A DNA stretch of 36,649 bases from Jimgerdemannia flammicorona (lineage: Eukaryota). Numbering within the stretch: the first letter of the stretch is position 1; each line of letters begins with the position of its first letter. The position numbers and the translations under genes were made by a program. Shown here piece by piece: positions 1-13,415 of the stretch. The notes beneath the pieces are model-generated. The model was not told the origin of the DNA and searched no databases. It worked only from the letters and a program-made list of their open reading frames with translations. The stretch is taken from assembly GCA_003990765.1 (NCBI GenBank), contig RBNJ01000210.1:1-36649 (forward strand). The letters run 5' to 3'.

Positions 1-3000
1 CCCCCATCTCCTCTTGATGAAAGACCACTTTGTCTAACACTATCTCTACCTGCCCACTACTCTTTTTACAGATCCCTTCTACCAGACAGTGACGCCGCCT
101 TCCCTGGGGACCCCAACCAACCCACCACCCAGTCAGCAGATCTCCCAACAATCTCTCTCACCTTAACAACTTCTCTTACATACCTATCTATCACTCTTCC
201 TCAAAAACAAAGAGCCAATGTCCAGCCAACCCTACCCATACTGCTAAAACCCACCCTACAGTGAGCCATCCATTGCCAACACCTCCCACTAGTTGAGATT
301 GCAAATCCTCCCAGCAACCTCTCTCTCCATCTGGCCTCCTCTCTACACCTAGCTGATCCCATGGCTATCCAAAAGTCCCCCAAAACCTCACATTCCCCCA
401 GCCAATGTTCTGGCATTTGCACAAATCCCCCAACTTGCCCTATATTATAATACTCCTCACAATATAGTTGGCCACCATCCACCAGATGCCTAGCATGGAA
501 ATTCAACATGATATTTCTCTGCAGTATCTGCCACCATACCACCTAGAACTTGGGAGGAAGCCACCTTCATACCTCAGTACTCCAGGACCAGATTTCTGCC
601 CAGTCCCACTCCTCACCAATTCTCACTGCCTGCCAACTACTTGGCCAAAGATCCTGGCCAAGACTCTGCTGGCACTCCACTCCATCACTAATATCAAACT
701 CAGCAAGTGAAACTCCCCCCAGAAGGAGTTGGTCCCATCACCACATAGCTGGGCCCCACATCACCTCCCCCTCATTGCCTCACCAGTGCAGGCCTATCCA
801 GTGTGCTCCATCCACCACCCCCCACCAGAAGCCCTTATACCATAGCCATCAGCTTCCATTCAGATCCACCAGAGAGAGCAAATCCCCAGAAGACCCCCAA
901 GGGGAGAATCTCATCTTCCACACCTTCTGCATCAGTGGCACCCAACCCCCACCCTGTAGTTCAACAGCTCTTCTCAACCACCAAGCTTGCAGGCAGTGCA
1001 GCTGCTTAGGGAAATCCACCAGGCCTAGTCCTTCCCTAACTACTGGCATTGCAAGAGTATCCCAACTGATCTGGGGCCTTCTCCCTACCCAAATCCAATC
1101 TCTAGCCAGTTTCATCAGCCTCTTTACCACCCAAGCTGAAAAGTCTAAGTGATAGGCCACATACCATAGCTTGGGAAATCAGTAGACATTCAGAATCAAT
1201 ACCTGCCCTGCCAGGGAGATGTGGTGACCCCCCCAATCTCTAAGGGCCTTCCTCCAAATGGCCACCTTCCTCTCCCACCACACTTATGGCAAGACAGATC
1301 CATATACAGAAAGAAAGATATCCAGATATCACACCACTCTTCTATAGGGACAATTGTTCCAATAATGTCCCCTCTCATAAGCCCATTATCTAACACCATT
1401 GTCTCATACTTATACCAGTTAAGTTTTGCCCCAGAGTATGCCTCATACTATTCCACTGTTTTCTTAAGTGCCTCTATGTCTGCCACTGATCCAAGGCCAA
1501 CCACCATATCATCTGTAAAGGCCCCCACCTTCCACACCACACTATATATAGAGAGCCCTGCCACCTTCTGACATATTCTGTCTATCAAAGGTTCCAATGA
1601 AAGGGCATAAAGAATAGGAGACAGTGGGTCTCCCTGAGGAACTCCTCTTCCCAAGGGAAATGCCAAATCTCAGTGACCATTACACATCAGTACTGCCCTA
1701 CTACCCTCTATTAAATTCAACATAGAAGCCCAAAACCATGGGGGCACTCCAATTCTATCCAGCACCTTGCCCAGCCACACCTGCTGAACATTGTCATAGG
1801 CCTTCTCTTGATCCAAAAAGACCAGTCTATCATCCAGTCCACAAGCCCAGGCCCCTTCAATGATGCCATGTATTCAGGCAATCCCATCTCTGATAAGCCT
1901 GCCTCCTACAAAGCCCTGCTGCTCCTCACCCAGCATCTGCTGGGCAACCTTCTGTAGCCTCACAACAATCACCTTAGTCACCATCTTCCTGTCCATATCT
2001 AGAAGCATGATTGGCCTCCAGTTCTTCTAGTCCTCTTACCTCCCCTTATCTTTATACAATAAGGCCACCAGCCCTAAGTTCTGCTCTCCAACCCACTTGC
2101 CTTCCAGAAGAACATGGTTACAGAGGGCAGCCATCTCTCCTAACACTCCAGGGATCTTTGCCATCATCTTCCAGAAGTCCCAAGGTAACCCATCCTCCCC
2201 TGGTGCTGTTCCAAGCTTAGTTGCTGCATGGACTCTCTAGATCTCCTCCTCTTGAACTGGTAAGATTAAGTCACCCAGTCCCTCTACCTGTAGCAGCTCC
2301 CACTCCTCCAGTATATCTCTAATCACCTCTTCATCAGTACCCCCTTCCTCCTCACTCCACAGACCCCACTATCTCTCCTTCAAAACCCCCAAGATCTGTT
2401 GTATGCTATACACCATAACCCCCTCAGCATCAATGACCCCCTCTCACCAATATCTCACCCTCCTAGCTTTGAGGAGTCTAGATAAGTACCTAGTAGGCTG
2501 CTCTTCCTCCTCAAGCCCCTGCCACTGCAGCCTGGCAGCCATTTCTTTTATTTGAATCTCCTTCTCCTCTTTCAATACCTGTTGCAGCTCCACTATCTCC
2601 AATTTTGTCCACTCTAATCTCCAATCCTCCACCTCTTCAGAAGAAACCAAATTAGTCCATTCTATCTGCAATCTCAATAGCCTATTAGAAGCACACCATA
2701 TGTGCTTCCTTCTCTGTCTCCCAGCCTCCCTACCAGCCTCTCTCCAATAGACCCTCACAGTCTCCTTCAACCTCATCCAACAGACACCTACAGCCAAACT
2801 CTCATGCCTCTATATAGGAATCTTCACCTGGACATCCTCCACCCATAAGTCTCACACCTTCTCAGCTAGCATAGAGGAGTTAAGCCACCAATGTCCAGAT
2901 CTATCTCCACTCCCCCAAACTGTCCCTGCCCTAATAGCCCCCAGTGATCAGACCACGGGCACTACTCCACCTCTAAAGTCTTTCAAACATCAACACTCCA

Positions 3001-3623
3001 GCATTCGGCCATCAGAAGCCAGTCAATCCTTATACCCAAGCCATTCACCCAATATATATAGACCCTTGTATTGCCCCACCATATTCTGCCCATATCTCCT
3101 AAGAAGCTAAGATTCTCCACTACCTCCCATATATCCAGACTACTACTTCTCCCACCTACATTTCTGTCTCCATCAGTTCTATCTAATTGCAGATCCCTAA
3201 CTATATTAAAGTCACCTCCCAGAACATTGACTCCTTCCTCCAAGAGAATACCCCCCTCCAGCAGATCCCAAATACATGCAATCCTCTCACCCCTAACTGC
3301 AGGGCAGTAGCAGGAGCCAACCCTTACTGGCTCCCATCCTGGCTGATGCCAACCTCTCCAGACCAAGTGGTCACCCCAGTTCTTGACTCTGCCCAAGTCT
3401 CCTCTACCCTTCTTTACCAGAATCACCACTTTGCCAAACCAAGCAGTATCCCCTCTCCATTCTCTAGTCTACTTCACCCAATTGTTCTCATCCTCACACC
3501 TACATCCTGCAGTAAAAAGAGATCAGTCTCCAATTATTTAAGCTAAGTAAAAATGTTCCTATACCACCTAGATCCCCTTAACCCATTCACATTCAGAGAG
3601 AAAATGTTAGTTGTACTATTCAT
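1..3623 (-). pseudogene. LINE copy 1 ORF2 (APE endonuclease, reverse transcriptase, C-terminal Cys/His knuckle), disrupted
   Basis: ATG at 3623 (MNSTTNIFSLNVNG). Fragments 2983-3429 (GDFN), 1448-1666 (QGDPLSP/FTDD), 849-1160 (GLGLVDF) and 201-542 (EHWLGEC). Multiple stops and indels. Confidence 0.93.
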
Positions 3624-3654
3624 AAGAAATAATATTAATATTTGATCACAATCT

Positions 3655-5694
3655 CTATAAATCTGCATTCAACTCCTCCTGTGCCAAGTCCAAATCATAC
3701 TTTGTAGTCAGAGTCTTCTCTTTAGCTGCCTGTGCCTCCAACCCTACCAGAAGTTCAGCTAATGCTCCATCCTCTTTTTCCTCAAAGTCCTCATGATACT
3801 CCAGGCATACCTTCTGCCAGAGTTGTAACCCATGCTGCTCAGCCCAACAGTAGGCAGCTTGCTCACCAGCAATGACTGCCAGCTTAGCCTCTCTTACCTT
3901 ATCAACCTCATATCCCTCCTTTTTCAGGAAAATTGCAAGAATCTCTGCCTTCAGTGCCTCCACCACCCCATCACCATACAGAATCTGTACCCAATGCTTC
4001 TTTGGCATCACATGTAGGTTCACTTCTCCCAACTCCTCAGCTGTGAAGTTATCCATCATCTTGCTCATCTACAGTAGGTTCCCCACCTCTTTCCCTCCTA
4101 GTATCCCTGGCCTCCCTGTATCAAGCATCATGGTGTCTGCCCCTATACTGACAGTTTTATCCCATCTCTCCTCCAGGACATTCACCAGCTCATCTTTGCC
4201 AATTATAACCACCTGACTATCTTTTGTCACATCCAGAACCCCAAAGTGAACCCTCTGAGCACCCTTCATCAATATATCCTCCTCTATCTAATCCCTTGCA
4301 GCTGGACCCTGTCTGATCAGAGGGGGAGTGTCCTCCATAACTGGGTCCCATACTTCAAATGTGCCATCAGCAAATGGGTTCATGTGTGGCACCTTCACAG
4401 CCCCTCCCATTCTCTCCTTCTCATTGCTTCCACTCTTGTCAGCCCAGGCACTCACCTCTATACCCTCAGACTTCCCAGTACCCCAAGTCTTCATCTTCAT
4501 TCCTCCTTCTATGCTCGCTAGTAGCTCCCACTGCCTCTTGTACTCTTGAGCTCTCTCCCACTGTCTCTTATCAGTATGAATATGCTTCTCATCAACAATC
4601 TCCAGGTGCATTGACTCCTCATATAGCTTCCAGGCCTTCACTCACCACTCGATTATATCACTCAACTCCTCCAGCACTTCTAACAAGTCCTCCTCCTCCT
4701 CTTCACTCCCCTTCACCCTTGACACCTTGCAGACAAATGTCCCCCACATCAATACCAAGGGTCAGTCACTCATCTTCCCTGTGGCCTTCCTTCCTGCCAG
4801 TCTAATCCTGATATTGACATCACCTGTCCTAAAGGTAGTCCCCTCCCACATCTGGAAGCTGATATCCACCATATCACCATACTCTGCCATCACCTCCTCC
4901 ACCCTCCTCCTAGTCTCAGTCTTTGTCACCATAGGCACCCCCTTCACTAGTAACTGCACTACTCTGGGGTCTTACCTAAGATAGTGCACCATAGAGACTA
5001 CCACTTCCCTGACCACCACTCCAGTCTTCAGAGCCTCATCTAGTGGGCCTGCCTCCTCAAAGCCCACCTCAACCTCCTCCAGCCCCTTCAGGAACTTCAC
5101 CAAGGCTGCTCTAGTCACCTGCTACAAGATAAGCCCCAGGACTATCCTCGCTGTCACTGCTAAGCCCCAGAAGTACAAGATAGCTACAAACTCCAAAATT
5201 GACTTCTTGAGTAATAGTGCCACCACTAGCCCTGTCACACCATCAGCCAGGTCCTCCTTCTGCTTTGGGCCCATCTGCCTAGCTCCACCATTAACAGTCA
5301 CATCTAGATTTTTTTCCAGATTTCTAGTTATGCCACCATCAGCAGTCCTGCCACTACTCCCAGCAGCCACCCTACCAGCCCTACCACCCACTAGCTGAGG
5401 TCCAGCCCCTCCAGCTCCTCCAGCTTCCCCAACCTTCTGCTTCCTCTTCTCTCTAGCCTGCCCACCCTGAGGTCCTACTGACCAACCACCATTTCTCAGT
5501 ATATCTGCAAAGCTCCTCCCTGCCTGCCCTCCAGCTCTACTACCAGCACCACTTCTACTGCCTGAGCCATCTTGCCCACTCAGACCACTGAAAGACCCCA
5601 TCCCAAGCCCATCTCTTTATCTGACATATTACCAGTTGAAGGCCCCAGGTCCATCTGACCTAGTATACACATCTGCTTACTTGCCAGTTGACAT
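3655..5694 (-). pseudogene. LINE copy 1 ORF1 (nucleic-acid-binding protein, RRM-like), disrupted
   Basis: Fragments 5122-5601 (SFADIL), 4762-4959 (LLVKGVP..YGDMVDI..RTGDVNIRI), 4288-4641, 4069-4272 and 3655-4068 match ORF1 of the plus-strand copy. Confidence 0.85.
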
Positions 5695-5781
5695 TGCCTT
5701 AATACCTTTCTCCAATAAATGACTTGAAAGTATGTTGTAAAAGTGTGTGTAATGTGAATTGTAGCAGAGAAAGGTGTACTG

Positions 5782-5881
5782 AGAACATTTTGTTGCTTTT
5801 AATAAAGTAACTGGGGGCTTAAGCCAAACTACACCAATCCCCAACCTTGTAATTTGCCTCTATTGAGCCAGGCACATTACA
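5782..5881 (+). repeat. Remnant (3' 100 bp, U5) of the 5' LTR of Gypsy copy A
   Basis: agaacattttgttgctttt...gagccaggcacattaca is near-identical to the end of the 13416-14425 LTR and ends in CA. Confidence 0.92.
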
Positions 5882-5883
5882 TT

Positions 5884-5901
5884 TGGAGGCTCAACTAGAA
5901 A
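5884..5901 (+). promoter_or_regulatory. Primer-binding site, probably tRNA-Pro (copy A)
   Basis: TGGAGGCTCAAC.. begins 2 nt after the LTR. The consensus with copy B, TGGGGGCTCAAC, resembles the complement of eukaryotic tRNA-Pro 3' ends (e.g. the TGGGGGCTC start of the MLV Pro PBS). Confidence 0.7.
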
Positions 5902-6433
5902 GATTTCAAAATTGACATAACTTTTCAACTTACAAAAACCCACAGTCAAACTGGATATATTTGATATAACACCAATCTCTGTCACTACAGGAGAACCAGT
6001 TATCACTAGCATTTAGACAGGAAGAGAAGTAATTACCTCAAGACTTGCCAACTACCCAGCATCAGAAGGATTCCAACCAGAAACCAGTACAGCCTGAAAC
6101 CCTCAACCAGACCAATCTGACAATATAGGCAGCCCTGTTGGAGATTTTGAAGAACTTGCACAAGAACTAAAAGATCTTATTATATAAGCCTGAAATCTTA
6201 CAGACAGATACCCCATACTAGTCTCATCAATCTCACCCATTGAACTCTTACCACCAGCTCTTGCAGAATTAGAAATAGCTCCTACAAGAATACCTAGGCT
6301 CATTCCACTTCATCCAAGGTCCAGAATACTATCCTCAAGATACCCAAGCACCCCCATCTCCAGTGACAGCTCAGAAAGAAAATCAGAATCAGAATCTGGA
6401 CCAGAACCAGAATCAGAAGAAAGTGACAATGAA

Positions 6434-9400
6434 ATGGTCACCTTATTGCCAATTTTTGCAGAATATCCAAAGGAAGACTCCAGAGAATTCCTTGATGAAA
6501 TTGAAGAAATTGCAGTCCTAAAGAACCTCTCAGATGAAAGAAAAATCACCATCTACAAGGCTCAACTCAGAGAACCAGCCAGAGGAATTTTCCACCAAAC
6601 AGCAAATGACCCCTATTTAGAACTGGTAAGATAAATACAAGCAGCAGCATCCTATGAGCTAGAATATATAGCCATGGTCTACTGGCTTATCAAAAAATAT
6701 GCAGGAAATGAAACCCACTACAAGGCTCAAGAATTCATCATAGAGATGAAGATGAATTTTAGAGAATCACTCAGAGCCTTCTTCATAAGAATCCAGAAAA
6801 TAATGCATGCAGCTGGGTTCAATGCTACCAACTAGGATATCATAGGTCCAATGACCTTCATAAATGAGATTCCTCTGAACATTGCTCAGCATGTCTGCAC
6901 TCTGGGCATCAGAAGGTCTGAAGAGCAAGTAGATGAAGCCTAAGGATTCTTTGATGTCAGATAAGGAACTATCTGGAGTAACTATGACAAGAAAGAAGAT
7001 AAAGAAGACATCCTGGTCAAAGCCCTATAAGGACTCCTCCAAGGATAAGAAAGGTCTGAGGAAAGAAGACCAGCTAAAGAAGGAAAGAAGGACAGGAGTG
7101 AAATTCAAGACCTCAGCTCCAAGTTGGACCAATTGGTTAGACAGATTGAAAAACTCATCATATGCAAAAATTGGAGTTATCATGACAACAGAGGACACCC
7201 ACCACAGAGGAGCCAAGGTTATCCACCTAGAGATAACAGGAGCTACCAGAAAGAGAAAAGAAGGTATTCTGTCTGAGATAGAGTCCAAGTCTAATACTTC
7301 TACTGTAGATAATTTATATACTATGCCACCAAATGTGATAACAAAAGAAGTGACTGAAGGGACTCAGAACCACCAAACTGAAGGAATGACACTCAGTACA
7401 AGAAGACTGAAGTCCATTCTGTTGAAGATTTCGAGAAAGCAAGTAACAGTAAAGACTACAGTGACTTAGACTTGTACTCTACTAAGGTTACTATCTGAAA
7501 AACAGTCTACCCAGCAGAGAAGAGGAAAAGACCTATAGGATGGCCATCCAGGAATATTAGCAGAAGAATTATCTAGGAAGAAGATGAAGAGCATGAAGAG
7601 GAGCAAGTAGAAACACCTCTCCAGACTCCTTCACCTTTTGTCCCTGAGACAAATGAGCTGCTACCAGAGGATGAAGAAATAAAACAAGAAGAATGGAAAC
7701 CTACTGCCCCAAAGCCCAAGAAGAAGTACACCCCAAAGACTATGCCTAGAGATATCTACAATGAAGTCTGGCAGAAGATTCAAGAAGCCAAGATGGAGGT
7801 CCCCATTCTGCAGTTCCTACAACTGATACTAGCTAGAGTCCAAAACAAATTGCTGAGAACCACTAGGTCTAGCACTGGCTGTGTTCCAATCCCACAGCAA
7901 GAGTCTACTCCCACACCTATCCAGGCTGCAGAGAGACATATCAGCATCTATTTACATAGAGACATTGGAGAACAAAAAACGAAAATCCTTATAGATACAA
8001 GAGCAACTGTCTGTATCATTGCCAAGCAATTCCTGGACACCCTCCAATGGCCCATTGATGGACCATCCAACCTCAGTATCATAGTAACAGATGGAGCCTG
8101 AACTCAACCCCTTGGAGAAGTATGAAACATCACTATCTCCCTGGGACACATTCAGTTCTCCATCCTGAAAGCTATTGTTACTGAAGCTATCACCTATGAT
8201 ATGATTCTCAGTACTAACTAGATGAAGGAAATGAATGCAGTTGTTGATATCAGACAACAAGTACTCAAGTTTGACTACTGAGGTAAGAAGTACAGAGTTA
8301 AGGTGACCAGCTATGAGCAATTGAAGAAGAAGAAGATCACTATTCAGAAAGAATATGCCAGCAGTAAAGAGTCTACTACAGAAGAGGAAGAAGAATCTGA
8401 AGACGGAAATGATCCCAGACTCAATCCCAGGATCAACCTAGTGGATGACAGACCAGAAGACAATGTCTGGGCTAAGAACACTGTCCCCATTACCATTGGA
8501 GCTATTGCAGGAGAAATCAAAGGATGTCCTATCTGTCTTAAGAGACACAAGTGCCCTGAGCACTCCTCCAAGATCATTGGGACAAGGAATTTGCCTGGCA
8601 CAGCCTGCCCAGAGTACAGAAAGAAGAAGAAGAAATGCAGATATATTTCAGAAATACCTGCAATGGAAGCCACAGAAGTATAAGCAATTTGGGGTCAAGA
8701 ATCATCCAAGGAAGAAGAAGTTTCTGACCAAGAAGTTTCTGAACAAGAAGCACCCAAAGAAGAAGAGGTCTCTGAACTCATTCCCTGAGATGACCCTCAC
8801 TAGACACTATCTGAAGACAATGACCCTTGGAATATAGAAGAAGGACTCAGTATAATCTCTATTATTTCCAAGAAAGAAACTCACCAAGAAAGGACTTTTA
8901 GGCTAGGAGGATGTCCACACCAAATGGTCTTCTACTCCCCCTGAGACTACTGCTACCAGCGCCACTTGCTAGACCAACAGGAGAGATAGAGACCCCAGAG
9001 ACCAGAACCTTCAAATATAGTTGTACAGTCAACTACCTTCCAAGAAGTTACCACTAAGTTGCAAAGCTGATTCAGGGGACAAGGTCTCTTCACTCAGATA
9101 GAAGTATATCCCTTGTCTACTCTTCCTCCAACTTATGATCAAGATGGATACAGATTCCCAAGATAACAAGAAATCAATAACCAAGAACATCATTTTTGAG
9201 CAATGGGATATTGTAATCATAGAAGACACCCAGACTGCCAAGACTGCAGACATCAGAAGATTCACCTCAGTTATGATATTGCAATCCACACTTTGAAGAG
9301 AGGAGATAATAGAAGCCAGATCTGAAAAAGTCAGACCAAGAAGCCAGGAAGAAGAACCCTTAAGATTTATGATTTGGAAGAAGACATCCTAGCTCTCATC

Positions 9401-10417
9401 AGACATATAACCCACCAAGGATAGATAGAAGATGTCACCAACTTCATAGAAGCCCTAGACCCAACAGGAAGAAGAGGAATCAACTACCTCTGAGATCCCT
9501 CCACTGGAGCCAGATGGCCACACCTCAACCTCAGAGCTTAGAGGCTCTCTGCTAGTAGAGCCTCAGCCCAAGAACAGCCCAAACTCAGTAAGGATGTTGT
9601 CCAGTATGCCCTGCTATATCCAAAGGCCAACTCCCTGACCAAAGCCTACTCAGAAGATGTAGGATATAATCTTCACAGTCTGGAGGATGAATTCATCAAG
9701 CCTGAAAAAACATTCATAGTCAGAACTAGACTAGCCATATAGTCATCTCAAGGAACTTACATACAATTGACCTCAAGGTCTAGACTTGCCAGACAAGGAA
9801 TAACTGTAGAAGGAGGAACTATTGACCTAGAATATATAGATGAAATCAAGGTCATCCTACACAATAGCAGTGCAGAATAGCACCAAATTATTAGAAGACA
9901 GAAGATTGCCCAAGCAGTCTTCATGAAGGTCAAGACCCCACAATTACAAGAAGTCTCTGAACTGACTGAAGGAACAAGACAAGCCAAAGGATTTGGAAGC
10001 TCAGATAAGAAGAAAGTATATCTCCTTCAAGTCAACCACCTCAAGAGGAATGTTCCCCAGCAAGTATATCACCAACTAGTCAGACTGCACAAGAATCTCA
10101 TCCTGGAGCCTAGAGAACAAACCATCTTCGAAATCTTTGCACCACCTGACTCCAGAAATCTCTTCTTTGAACCCAATGAAGATATCCCACACCTGGACAT
10201 AGAAGGATATACCTTCTCAAATTAGATAAACCCAGTGCACTCCTGAGCAATCAACCAAAGTTGGGAAACCATCATCCTGCCAAAAGGAGCCATCATAGAA
10301 TACCTGGTGCCTTTTCTCAACCAAACTCATAGAGAAGTTTATGAACTAAATCTATCAGGAAATGGCAAAAGGTCCTAGAAGAAAGGAAAGGCCCCTCTGC
10401 GACCCAGGAGACAGTGA
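6434..10417 (+). pseudogene. gag: Copy A ORF1 polyprotein: Gag (capsid, CCHC), aspartic protease, Cys/His region, dUTPase, dUTPase-like segment; many stops
   Basis: ORF fragments at 6434, 7742, 8303 and 9923 share one frame. Motifs: LPIFAEYPKEDSREF, ILIDTR (DTG in copy B), GYNL/SRSR/GTIDLEY/KIAQ/GFGSS. Confidence 0.85.
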
Positions 10418-11818
10418 AGCCTTCTACCAATATTGGAGAAGAATTGATACCCCAACAATAGCAACAACTAGCAGAACTCCCCAACAAATATCAAGATATC
10501 TTCACTACCAATTATAGCAATCTGCCATAAAACCCATCATATCACTACAGCATAAATACAGAAAATACAACACCCATCTGACAGAAACCCTATAAAATAC
10601 CCTATCACTTAAAAACATTTGAAAAGGAGTACATTCAAGAACTCTTAGAAAATGGAGTCATCCAACCCTCTACCAGTTTCTGGGCTAGCCCTATACTTAT
10701 TGTACCAAAGAAAGGAGGATGGAGACTCTGTGTAGATTACAGGAAACTCAATTCAGTCACTGAAAAGAATGCCTATCCTTTGCTCAGAATCAATGATCTT
10801 TTGGATCAGTTATAAGATACCAGATACTTCAGCAGTATAGACCTCTTTGCAGGATTCCATGAGATCCCCATGGACCTCAAAGATATTCAAAAGACAGCCT
10901 TTCTTGCTCTAGAAAAACTGTTTGAATATCTCTGAATGCCCTTTGGACTTTGCAATATTCTATCCACCTTTCAGAGAATGATGAATTCAGTCTATGCCTC
11001 CTTAATTCACCACTGCCTGATTGTGTACATAGATGATTCTAATATCTATTCAGCCAACTTTGCAGAACATCTGCACTACCTGGAGGAATTCTTCAAGCTC
11101 ACCCATAAGAACCACCTGAGACTCAATGCCAAGAAATACTACTTCAGGAAACAGAAACTTGAATTCCTTGAATTTATAGTTTTGAAAAAGAGAATCCATA
11201 CAGACCAAAGAAAACCAAAAAGATCAACAATTGGTCAGTATCCAAGACCTCAAAGGAAACATTATCATTTCTGATACTGGTATCCTACTACAGAAGATTT
11301 ATCAAGGATTTTGCCTAAATTACTGCTCCAATCCAAGTCCTTCTCAAGAAAGAAGTATTATTCAAATAGACAGAATCATAAGAGAAAGTCTTCAAAAAAC
11401 TCAAGAACTGTATGATTACAGCACTAATCCTTGTCTACAGAAGCTATTCATCTTGTATACAGATGCTTTCAAAGATGGTATAGGAGCAGTTCTAGCCCAG
11501 GAAGGATCTGACTAACAATACTATATAATAGCTTATATAAGCTGAGCTACCAATCAACAGCAGATGAACTATAGCAGCACCAAATTAGAATGCCTTGCAG
11601 TCATATAGATGGTCACTCTGTTCAAGCATTATCTCATTAGAAAAAGGTTCACCCTGATCACAGATCATATAGCCCTCAAATAGCTATTCAACTGCAAGAA
11701 ATCTACCAGAATTCTGGCCTGCTGGATCCTTCTCCTTCAGGATTACAAAATCACCATTATTTACAAAGCAGAGAAAACTCACAACAATATTTATATACTT
11801 TCTCACCAGCCCCAATGA
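10363..11818 (+). pseudogene. pol: Copy A reverse transcriptase-RNase H, disrupted
   Basis: [51 protein letters not shown]. Confidence 0.92.
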
Positions 11819-12879
11819 ATCAGAAAAAGGGTGTCCCAAGGAACTATACTCTAAAGGAAACTTCTCAGACCATCAAGATACAAGAAGATCTCATCCAAAA
11901 AGAACATCAGAAAGCCCACCAAGGACAAGCAAACATAGAAGAAAAGTTGTGACAACATATCAGCATTGGCTCAATCTCAGAATATAAGTTTGGGACATAC
12001 TTAAGAAATGTAACACTTGCCAGAAGTACCAAGAAAGGAAGAACTACCAAGCACCACTGCAACCAATCATACCACCAGACAATATCTTTCAGAGATGGAG
12101 AGTAGATATAATTAGACCCTTATCAGTTACACTAAGAAGAAATAAGTATATTCTAGTATTTGTGGAACATCTGACCAAATGATCCAAGGCTTTCCCAATG
12201 GAAATCACAGATACCTTAACCATTGTAGGCCTTCTCCATAGACTCACCCTCAGATATAAACCTCTAGAAGAACTCATCTCTGACTGAGGTATAGAATTCA
12301 TCAATAATATAATCACAAGTTATGTCTGAATTCACAAGATCCACCTCAAATAGACCACATCATACTACCTCCAGACCAATGGCATAATAGAAAGAATGAA
12401 TCAGACCATCAAGAAAGAACTTGCCCAAGTCAATCCTACCAACTGGGACCTCAGCTTACCTGAGATTCTATGGGAGATTCAGAATACCCATGCTGCCTCT
12501 ACCAAACAAAAGCCATTTGAAATGATTTTTGCTAAGAAAACCAGAACTACTGATTAGAGACCTCCTCAAGAAAGCAGAATAGCTATGTAATCAAGCCCAA
12601 GCCCAGATTATCAAGGTCCAAGAAAGACAAAAGAAGTACTATAACCAGAAACAGAAGGATCAGAAGATTAAGATTGGAGATCAAGTACTAATTTGGAGAA
12701 GTATAATTGAAATGAATTTTGCTACCAAATTGGAGCCCAAATGGAAAAGACCTTATCTTGTACATAACATCTGAGAAACCAGTATCTATTTAAGAAGCAT
12801 GGATAGATGGACCCTCAGAACACCAGTACACATCAACTGTCCCAAGATATACCTCTCCCATCATAAACCAGACAATTGA
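11815..12879 (+). pseudogene. Copy A integrase, in a separate frame starting at an ATG that overlaps the RH stop; disrupted
   Basis: H-QKA-H..C-NT-C zinc finger, VDII, ISD, QTNGIIERMNQ, KLEPKWK(R)PY. Confidence 0.88.
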
Positions 12880-13375
12880 CCAGTATCTTCAGACTCTTGT
12901 TCTGAGTTTATTTTAATCACTCCTGATTTCTCTTCCACAATTCTAACAAGCCAATAGAAACCCCCTTTAGCAAATCCAAACCCATCAAGAGAACCTCACT
13001 TTGGCCAAATGTTTACTATAAGTCCACTAGCTGCAGGCCTACTATGCAATTGGAGAACAGTTGCAGAACCTCCTAGCAGTAAACCTGACCTACATCAGAA
13101 ACTCCACTGGCCTCACCCAGAAAAATACCACTGCTATAGATAGATTATATATAATTTATAAATAAAATATCCCAGCATTGACACAAGTACAATTCTTACT
13201 GAATAATATTCAGAATATGAACCTTGCCACCTACTGGAGTATCATTAACCATGTTGAAATCCTGTTTCCAGAGGAGGAAGAAGAACCTGTTGAGTGGAGT
13301 AACTCTGATTCAAATGAAGATACCAGTTCAGGTATTGATGCTGAAGATGCCTATGTACATTAGAATGATGACTAA
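12863..13375 (+). pseudogene. Copy A extra 3' ORF (170 codons), unknown function, disrupted
   Basis: Same length and relative frame as 27973-28485. Start codon reads ATA (ATG in copy B). Shares YYAIGEQLQ, DRLY and VEILFP.EEEEP..WSN. Confidence 0.75.
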
Positions 13376-13403
13376 AGGAGTGTCTAAGGACAGACCATCC
13401 TTT

Positions 13404-13415
13404 AGTGGGGGCTGA
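13404..13415 (+). promoter_or_regulatory. Polypurine tract (copy A)
   Basis: AGTGGGGGCTGA immediately before the 3' LTR, identical in copy B. Confidence 0.75.

Larger units (their letters stand above)
1..5780 (-). mobile_element. Non-LTR retrotransposon (LINE, L1/Tx1-like), copy 1; 5' end intact, last ~0.2 kb and poly(A) lie left of the window
   Basis: Its reverse complement is colinear with 30680-36320, including the 5' UTR (cacct..ctctgctacaattcacattacacacac). ORF fragments carry APE (GGDFN, RIDW) and RT (GVPQGDPLSP, AFTDD) motifs. Confidence 0.95.
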
